NCBI GenBank assembly: GCA_038736825.1
Contig: JAVYME010000030.1
Span: forward strand, 1-14,077
DNA: 14,077 nucleotides
Direction of reading: 5' to 3'
DNA from: Candidatus Iainarchaeum sp.
GTDB taxonomy: Archaea > Iainarchaeota > Iainarchaeia > Iainarchaeales > DTGL01
Below, one piece after another: positions 6,501 to 12,425 of this stretch. Within the stretch, counting starts at the first letter, position 1. The number at the start of each line of letters is the position of its first letter. Position numbers and translations under genes: made by a program. The notes beneath the pieces were generated by a model. It saw only the letters and a list, made by a program, of their open reading frames with translations. It was not told the origin of the DNA and made no database searches.

Positions 6501-7340
6501 ATGGCTGTGATTGGGTGGAGAAACCTTGAAGACGGGCAAATTGAATGGCTTTTCAAGGACAGCACTGGCTTGGGTTCTCTGGAATCAGGCTATTATAGAA
6601 TAATAATGCCTTGGGGTTTCAGGTACGCTTACACTGTCCTACCACCAATCTCTATTGGAGGAAACGAAATCCAGCCACAATGCTTTGATTTTGACAAGGA
6701 TGGTTATTGCAATTGGGGTTTGAGTGAAAAAAAGCCTTCTTCTTGCCCGGCTTCCTGCAAGGAAGAAAAGGACTGCGATGATTCAAACCCTGCGTTAGGG
6801 CCTTTTGATGAAAAATTCAACTGCAAACCGCTTTTCGCTGCAACCCATAAAGAGTGCGTGAACAATGCTTGTGTTGAGGTTGCAGGTGAAGGCGCAGACA
6901 AGTGCCAAGATTCTAGCCAGTGCGGGCAAAAAACCCACAAGGAATGTGTTTCGGGAAAATGCTCTGTTGTGGCAGGCGAGGGCGCAGACCAATGCCAGAC
7001 AGATTCTCAGTGTGTTGTTGCAACCAGAAAGGTTTGCCAAAACAATCAATGCATTGAAGTGCCTGGTTCTGGTGCAAGCGAGTGCTCTTCCAACGAGCAA
7101 TGCATTCCAGCCAAGCCTGGAATAATAATGGTTAAAAGCAATCCAAGGGCTTTAGTGTTTTTGGATGGTGCAAGCTATGGCATGACTCCATTGCTGGGTG
7201 ACTGGGGCAAAATAGAAAATGTTTCCCCTGGAAAGCACACAATAAAGCTTGAAAGAGAGGGCTTTATGGCAAAAACCCTGGAAGTAAGCCTTGCTTCAGG
7301 GCAAACGGTTTTTGTAGAGGAAACGCTTTCCCCTGCTTAA
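3582..7340 (+). CDS. Giant membrane-anchored surface protein with a papain-like (C1) cysteine peptidase domain, Cys-rich repeats and a C-terminal PEGA domain
   Basis: The 1252-aa ORF has position 3582 as a TTG. The ATG at 3591 ([31 protein letters not shown]) is the more likely start. An N-terminal signal anchor is followed by a Cys-rich module, about 700 aa that I cannot assign, a C1 peptidase domain, a Cys-rich tail and a PEGA domain. TAA stop. Confidence 0.92.
   Translation: [1252 protein letters not shown]
3762..3911 (+). other. N-terminal Cys-rich module of the giant protein (10 Cys in 50 aa)
   Basis: The sequence [50 protein letters not shown] lies directly after the membrane anchor. 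Confidence 0.6.
6015..6640 (+). other. Peptidase C1 (papain-like) catalytic domain
   Basis: WDWRE...[21 protein letters not shown] contains the oxyanion Gln (Q841) and the catalytic Cys (C847, nt 6120..6122). SHAMAVIGW contains the His (H972, nt 6495..6497). Further downstream is EWLFKDSTG...GYYRI. An upstream segment [20 protein letters not shown] resembles the pre-domain seen in prokaryotic C1 peptidases. Confidence 0.85.
6846..7115 (+). repeat. Three tandem 30-aa (90-nt) four-Cys repeats within the giant protein
   Basis: The three units are [60 protein letters not shown] and [30 protein letters not shown]. They are in frame and contiguous, and the Cx4CxxVxGxGAxxCxxxxQC spacing is conserved. 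Confidence 0.85.
7119..7337 (+). other. C-terminal PEGA-like beta-sandwich domain
   Basis: [27 protein letters not shown]...[36 protein letters not shown] follows the PEGA pattern (S.P.gA.V.lDG...G.TP ... G.h.i.l...Gy ... v.v..g.t..v...L). Confidence 0.6.
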
Positions 7341-7348
7341 AACCAAAC

Positions 7349-7355
7349 AAAAAAA
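7349..7355 (-). terminator. Oligo-T tract (T7 on the minus strand) after the minus-strand protease operon
   Basis: The minus strand reads ...GAATTTTTTTGTTTGG immediately 3' of the stop codon at 7365..7367. Oligo-T runs act as archaeal termination signals. Confidence 0.3.
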
Positions 7356-7364
7356 TTCAATTAC

Positions 7365-8060
7365 TTAGATTTTCCTTTTTAGTTTTTTCCTTAAAAAAAC
7401 CAAAACCACTATTGCAATAAAAACCAGTGCGATTATTGGCAAAAAATCGGATTGTTTTTCAATTGAAGGGCTTGGCGTTGGAGTTTGTTCAATGCAATCC
7501 AAGTCAATTCCTGTAATGCAGTCTGGATCGCAAATTTTGTCTTTTAAGGGCAAACAATAATTGTCTTTTTTTTCCAGGGGGCAGTCTTGTTCGCAGGATA
7601 AAAAGTTTTCGTTTGGATTGCATTTGCCGTCGTGATTGCACAAAACACTCAAATCAAACCTTGCAATTTCTCCATTCAATCCCTCTAAAACCACAAACCT
7701 TGCGTTTTCCATGTAGGGCAGCCAAATTGTTTTAGTGAAATTTTTTTCAGCGTTCTCGTAAAACTTGTTGAAATCCTCTTCAGTCATCTGGGTTTCGGCG
7801 CCATAGGGGGGAAACGCCACAACTCCCATGTAGACAAGCAATTGGTAAAGGGTTTTGTTTTCAGCGTTCTTTAACTTGATTGCATGCTGTCCAGTGGACT
7901 CGGTTTCGCTAAGGTAATCTGCCACCACTTTGACACTTTCTATGGATAGCACTCCATCATTGGATTCAACTGAAACCATGAAGGTTTTCACTGGCTCTTT
8001 TGCAGTGCAAGGCAATGGCAAAAGCAAAAGGATTGCAAAAAAAACAATGCTTTTTTTCAT
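7365..8060 (-). CDS. Exported Cys-rich protein with a Pro/Thr linker and a C-terminal TM anchor. Function unknown.
   Basis: The 231-aa ORF has a signal peptide MKKSIVFFAILLLLPLPCTA|KEP and a roughly 120-aa domain I cannot assign. A Cys-rich segment follows: CNHDGKCNPNENFLSCEQDCP...YCLPLKDKICDPDCITGIDLDC. Next come a TPTPSPS linker, the hydrophobic helix FLPIIALVFIAIVVLVFL and the basic tail RKKLKRKI. Its ATG overlaps the TGA of the upstream gene (ATGA at 8060..8057). Confidence 0.85.
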   Translation of the reverse strand: MKKSIVFFAILLLLPLPCTAKEPVKTFMVSVESNDGVLSIESVKVVADYLSETESTGQHAIKLKNAENKTLYQLLVYMGVVAFPPYGAETQMTEEDFNKFYENAEKNFTKTIWLPYMENARFVVLEGLNGEIARFDLSVLCNHDGKCNPNENFLSCEQDCPLEKKDNYCLPLKDKICDPDCITGIDLDCIEQTPTPSPSIEKQSDFLPIIALVFIAIVVLVFLRKKLKRKI

Positions 8061-8755
8061 TTAATCGCCGCCAGCTTTTTTATTGCCTCTTTTTCAAAAC
8101 AATCAAAATCGTAGGGGATTAAATCTTCTAAACCGCCAACCCCCATTATGCTTAGCCCTGTTTGACCTTCTGTTTCTATTATCCTTCCACTGCAATCTGA
8201 AATATTATCTGGTAAATTTGGGCAGCACGTTGTTAATAAACCTTTCTCGTAATCGCATTTTTCATATTGGACAGGACATTCTCTACCTACCGGCTTAGAT
8301 CCAAGTTGGCGAGTGTCTGGATCAAAATAGAATCTGGAAGGCAGTGCAGTGGCTACAGTAGTGCTGCCAACAAAGCCAGGGTATTTGTTTTGACAGCCAG
8401 GCAAAACCCCTTGCTTGGCTGGCACGCCTGCTGCCTTCCGCACTGAATCCAGTTGTTTATATTCTCTTGAAGAGTATTGGTCGCAAAAATAGAAAAATGC
8501 ATGTCCCAATTCGTGGACAACCACGCTAGGAAAATTTGTTGAAACTATGTTATTAGCGCCACCAATACAAAGGCCCCCAGCACTAGTAAGAAATCCATCA
8601 TCATAAAGATCCAATTTCAGACTTTCTTCTGAATTCGTGAGCAGTATTAAAGCAGAGTTTTCAGAGTTCAAGGGAGCGCCTATTTTTTCAGAAATGCAGT
8701 CCACTTTTTGTTCCAATAAACTAAGTTTGAGATTAAAGAGATCAAGGCTGTCCAA
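8057..8755 (-). CDS. HExxH zincin-like protein, a 5'-truncated paralogue of the catalytic half of the 616-aa protein. Start uncertain; possible gene fragment or frameshifted continuation.
   Basis: The 232-aa ORF begins at a TTG and has no signal peptide. HELGH lies at nt 8501..8515 within VVVHELGHAFFYFCDQY. The ORF aligns along its whole length with aa 365-590 of the upstream 616-aa ORF: PGCQNKYPG, TTCCPN, DCSGR/DCTGR, S(I/V)MG and FDCFEKE(A/T)I are all shared. Homology continues for 35 further codons upstream of the TTG, up to an in-frame TAA at 8861..8863, and that stretch contains no ATG. Confidence 0.6.
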   Translation of the reverse strand: MDSLDLFNLKLSLLEQKVDCISEKIGAPLNSENSALILLTNSEESLKLDLYDDGFLTSAGGLCIGGANNIVSTNFPSVVVHELGHAFFYFCDQYSSREYKQLDSVRKAAGVPAKQGVLPGCQNKYPGFVGSTTVATALPSRFYFDPDTRQLGSKPVGRECPVQYEKCDYEKGLLTTCCPNLPDNISDCSGRIIETEGQTGLSIMGVGGLEDLIPYDFDCFEKEAIKKLAAIK

Positions 8756-8840
8756 ATCGCAATCTGCAAATTCAGTTTCTTCAAAGTTTATTACTATAAA
8801 ATCATTAGGTTCTTCCAGCCCTGTTTTTTTCCTGAAAAAC

Positions 8841-10691
8841 TCAGCTTGTTTTAGGCTCCATTAAATTGCCAGAATCTGGCGGTATAACGCGGCTTGCAGT
8901 GACACTTGGATTGCACCCAGTCATTTTTCTTATTGTTTCTTTTTCAAAGCAATCGAATTGTCTTTGAATTAAGTCGCCGAGCTCTGCATAATAAGCGCCC
9001 ATAACGCTTGTGCCTCGAATAGTGCCTGAAGCGGTGTTTATTGGAATAAAGCGCCCGGTGCAGTCTGCCACTGGATTGCTTGAATTCGGGCAACAAGTGG
9101 TGAAAGAGCCTGTTTCACTATTGCATTTTGGGTATGAAGGGCAAGTTGCTGGATTGAATGAAGCTGGAACTTCTAAAGAGTTTTTTGTAAAGACTACATT
9201 GTATCTTCTAATGTTGTCTGGGCCTGGGTATTTGTTTTGGCATCCCGGGGTAAAGCCTGGCTTTCTTGGAATGCCTTCTTGCTTGCTTTTAGCATCTTGA
9301 ATTTGGAATTCGCTTAAACGGTATTGGTCGCAAAAATTGAACAATACGTGTCCTAGTTCGTGGGCTATAGTATAGGAACTGTTAAGGTTTGCAATGATGG
9401 TGTTGCCTCCTGTTTCAGTGAAACCGTTTGCAATTATTGGTTCTTGTCCACGGCGGGGATCCACAATTGCAATGCTTGACTGGTTTGTGAGTGCCACAAT
9501 GGCAGAATTTGCAGAATTAATCTGAAAGCCTGTTTTGGATATAACGCAGTTTTTCACTAAATCTATTGAACTAATCGGGTCTAACCTTTGCAGGTTCAAA
9601 GAATCAAACCCGCATTCTTTGACATCGCTTTCTTTCAAAAACCTTATTGAAATATTTTTGCAGTCCTGCAATCCTGCAATTTCCTTGAAAAAGTTAGCGC
9701 TTTTTTGGGCTTTTTCTTCAAATCCCCCCGAAGAACTATTCCATTTAAGTGGAAGGAAAATAATATTGTATTCACTTCCAGAGGCTAGTCCAGGGTATGG
9801 TTTTGTGGTCGGCGCTTGCGGGGTTTCAGGCGCTGGGTCTGTTTCGTCTGGAAGGTTGTCTCCATCCTTGTCTGGTTCAAGCAATATTTCTACAGGGTTT
9901 TTGGCTTTGCCTGCAACAATTTTTTCAAGCAATCCTGAAAGGTTCCATTTGATTTTTCTTTCTTCAATGCACGCGTTTTCTGCTTTTATTTGTTCTATTG
10001 CATTCCTTGCAAAGGATTCTGGGCTTGCGGGAGTGCCCTCGTTCAATGCAATCATTTGTTTTATTCCGCCATTGTAAATGCCTTTTCCCAAGGAATATTT
10101 TTTGCCTGAAAGGTCTGCTTGGGTTATTGTAATGCTGACATCGGCAGGAGCGCACAAAACGGCTATAAAAGTGCCTGCTGGCATTGCTGTTGGGGTTATT
10201 AGGTTTATGTTTTTGTTTGCTGGATAGTTTGATAGGTCTAATAGGATGGCGTCTTTTGGTGTGTTCCATTGAGTGCAATTTTCTGGTTTTATGTTGGCTT
10301 GAACGCCGTCGATTAAGCTTATTCCTTGCGAGTCAATCCAGGTAAAAAGGCTTAAAGACTCGTAATCGCTTGCTTCAAAATATTTTTCTTTTGTGGCTAG
10401 AGCGTAATAGATTTTTCCTCTTGCAGTGTTGCTGGTTTCCAGGGAAAGAATTATGGGGGAAGTCTGGGTTAACTTTGACACTTGATTTCCAGAAAACTCC
10501 ATTATGGTTCCATTCTTTAACTCAACAAAAGAACCAATTCCAGAAACCGAACCCAAACCCAAACCACTGGCAACAGAATACTGTGCACCAAAATCCACAA
10601 CCCCAGAACAAGCAAAAGAAAAAACACTGGATGCAAAAAAGAGCAAAAAAAATGCCATTGAAAACTGTTTTGAAGTGTTCATTAAAACCAA
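8841..10691 (-). CDS. Secreted two-domain protein: N-terminal module of unknown function, acidic Ca-binding-like linker, and a Cys-rich HExxH zincin-like domain
   Basis: The 616-aa ORF has a TTG at 10691 and an ATG at 10682 (MNTSKQFSMAFFLLFFASSVFSFACSG), and shows a signal peptide. The linker EPDKDGDNLPDETDPAPETPQAPTTKP contains a DxDGDxxxDxxD motif like thrombospondin type-3 calcium sites. HELGH lies at nt 9348..9362 within TIAHELGHVLFNFCDQY. Eight conserved Cys and a TSVMGAYY segment lie downstream. TGA stop. Confidence 0.88.
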   Translation of the reverse strand: MVLMNTSKQFSMAFFLLFFASSVFSFACSGVVDFGAQYSVASGLGLGSVSGIGSFVELKNGTIMEFSGNQVSKLTQTSPIILSLETSNTARGKIYYALATKEKYFEASDYESLSLFTWIDSQGISLIDGVQANIKPENCTQWNTPKDAILLDLSNYPANKNINLITPTAMPAGTFIAVLCAPADVSITITQADLSGKKYSLGKGIYNGGIKQMIALNEGTPASPESFARNAIEQIKAENACIEERKIKWNLSGLLEKIVAGKAKNPVEILLEPDKDGDNLPDETDPAPETPQAPTTKPYPGLASGSEYNIIFLPLKWNSSSGGFEEKAQKSANFFKEIAGLQDCKNISIRFLKESDVKECGFDSLNLQRLDPISSIDLVKNCVISKTGFQINSANSAIVALTNQSSIAIVDPRRGQEPIIANGFTETGGNTIIANLNSSYTIAHELGHVLFNFCDQYRLSEFQIQDAKSKQEGIPRKPGFTPGCQNKYPGPDNIRRYNVVFTKNSLEVPASFNPATCPSYPKCNSETGSFTTCCPNSSNPVADCTGRFIPINTASGTIRGTSVMGAYYAELGDLIQRQFDCFEKETIRKMTGCNPSVTASRVIPPDSGNLMEPKTS

Positions 10692-10822
10692 TAACTATTA
10701 CAATTAACAAATTAATAAAAGTTTTGCATGGGCTCTTTTTTGCCAGTTTTCTAGTTTTTTTTGCAATAGAAAGGTTTTTTAATTTTTCAAAACAGGTTTT
10801 CTTTTTTTGAAAAGGTTTTTTT

Positions 10823-12340
10823 ATGAAAAAACATCCTGGAAAGCCTTCAAGCACTAACACCATAGCACAATTTTTGGGCATAGAGCCATCCAATTTTACT
10901 GTTGAGGCACTGGCAAGGTTTGCAATGGAAAACAGCATTGAAATACTCAACTTTAATTATGTTGCAGCTGATGGCAGGCTTAAAACCTTGAGTTTTGCCA
11001 TTAGAAACGAAGAACATTTAAAGGAATTGCTTGAATTCGGGGAAAGAGTTGACGGTTCAAGCCTTTTTCCATACATTGACACTGGAAACAGCGATCTCTA
11101 TGTAGTGCCAAGGCTTAAAACAGCCTTTTTGAACCCTTTTTCTGAAATTCCAGCCATTAACATTTTGTGCTCTTATTTTGACAGGAAAGGCAAAGAGCTT
11201 GAAATAGCCCCAGAATTTGTTGTAAAAAAAGCCCACAATGTTTTCAAGCAAAAAACTGGATTGGAATTGAGAGCTCTTGGAGAACTGGAATACTATGTTG
11301 TTTTTCCCAAGCCAGAACTGGAATTGTTTCCTGGAAAAAGCCAAAAACACTATCATGAAAGCCCTCCCTTTTCCAAATTCCATTTTTTGAACGAGCAAAT
11401 ACTTGAAACGCTTAAAAACATGGGCATAAAAGCAAAATACGGGCATGCTGAAGTTGGAAACATTGAATTGAACGGAAAGCGCTTGGAACAATTTGAAATA
11501 GAATTAGATTTAGAGCCAATAGAAGACATGGCTGACAACATAGTGCTCGCAAAATGGGTGATGCGCAACACTGCCTTGCTGCACGGAGTTGAAATAACCT
11601 TTGCACCAAAACTTTCAGTCGGGCACGCTGGCAGTGGAATGCACATTCACATTGCAGCATTCCAAAACGAAAAAAATGTTTTTTTGGACAAAAACCAAGA
11701 ATTGAGCGAGACAGCAAAAAGGATTATAGGAGGCTTGATAGAACTGGCTCCAAGCCTTACAGCTTTCGGCAACACAGTGCCAGTGTCCTATTTAAGGCTT
11801 GTACCACACCAAGAAGCCCCAACAAATGTGTGCTGGGGTGACAGCAATCGCTCTGTCCTCATAAGAGTGCCATTGGGTTGGAGAAACATTGAAAACCTCA
11901 GCGCAATCGCAAACAATCAAAAGAAAAAAACAAAAATTCAGCCAAAAACAAGGCAGACAGTGGAATTGCGCTCTCCAGATGGCTCTGCAAACGCTCACCT
12001 GTTGCTTGCAGGAATTGCTGTTGCCGCAAGACATGGTTTAGAAAACAAAGAATGCCTTGAAATTGCAAAACGCACTTATGTTGGAGTCAATATTTTCAAA
12101 GAAGAGCATAAAAAAATCCAGGAAAGCCTTGAACAACTGCCAAGCTCTTGCTTTGAATCAGCAGAAAAACTCAGAGAACAATCAAAATTCTACTTTGAAA
12201 ACAATGTTTTTTGCGAGCGCATCCTTGAAGGCATTCAAGCACAACTCAAGTCCTACAACGACAAAGACTTAAACAAAGACTTGAAATTGGACAAAGAAAG
12301 AGCCGAAGAATACATAAAGGGCTTCTTGCACTGCGGTTAA
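10823..12340 (+). CDS. glnA: Glutamine synthetase family protein
   Basis: The 505-aa ORF carries the GS motifs in order: VDGSS, GELEYYVVF (GxExEF type), FAPKLSVGHAGSGMHIHIA (ATP-binding KPxxxxxGSGMHxH type), VSYLRLVPHQEAPTNVCWGDSNRSVLIRVP and VELRSPDGSANAHLLLAG. Confidence 0.85.
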   Translation: MKKHPGKPSSTNTIAQFLGIEPSNFTVEALARFAMENSIEILNFNYVAADGRLKTLSFAIRNEEHLKELLEFGERVDGSSLFPYIDTGNSDLYVVPRLKTAFLNPFSEIPAINILCSYFDRKGKELEIAPEFVVKKAHNVFKQKTGLELRALGELEYYVVFPKPELELFPGKSQKHYHESPPFSKFHFLNEQILETLKNMGIKAKYGHAEVGNIELNGKRLEQFEIELDLEPIEDMADNIVLAKWVMRNTALLHGVEITFAPKLSVGHAGSGMHIHIAAFQNEKNVFLDKNQELSETAKRIIGGLIELAPSLTAFGNTVPVSYLRLVPHQEAPTNVCWGDSNRSVLIRVPLGWRNIENLSAIANNQKKKTKIQPKTRQTVELRSPDGSANAHLLLAGIAVAARHGLENKECLEIAKRTYVGVNIFKEEHKKIQESLEQLPSSCFESAEKLREQSKFYFENNVFCERILEGIQAQLKSYNDKDLNKDLKLDKERAEEYIKGFLHCG

Positions 12341-12395
12341 AACCAGTCTAATTTTGAATTAAAAAATTGAAAGATTGCGCTTTGATTAGTGAACA

Positions 12396-12403
12396 TTTTA
12401 AAA
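12396..12403 (+). promoter_or_regulatory. Candidate archaeal TATA box for the nuclease gene
   Basis: TTTTAAAA is centred about 26 nt upstream of the ATG at 12426. I see no Shine-Dalgarno-like sequence between them. Confidence 0.4.
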
Positions 12404-12425
12404 CCAATGCAGCAAAATTCCTTTC

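Noticed and set aside
9010-10278. Plus-strand ORFs 9010..9300 and 9535..10077, and the minus-strand off-frame ORF 9964..10278
   Set aside because: They are shadows of the 616-aa gene, whose frame is supported by the HELGH motif and paralogy with the next gene.
10605-10691. Lipoprotein lipobox at FSFAC in the 616-aa protein (and LPLPC in the 231-aa protein)
   Set aside because: Residues at -3 to -1 do not fit the [LVI][ASTVI][GAS]C consensus. An ordinary signal peptide is the safer call.
10692-10822. Repeated GAAA(A)GGTTTTTT blocks, an AAAAC-AG-GTTTT mini-palindrome, and a search for an NrpR-type GGAA-N6-TTCC operator upstream of the GS gene
   Set aside because: The repeats are low-complexity A/T runs that are likely to arise by chance in this composition. 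No GGAA-N6-TTCC site is present.
10370-10950. ORFs 10370..10810 (+), 10504..10707 (+) and 10522..10950 (-), which span the divergent promoter region
   Set aside because: They run through the 5' ends of two well-supported genes and the A/T-rich intergenic spacer. Their translations are low-complexity (Phe/Lys/Gln-rich).
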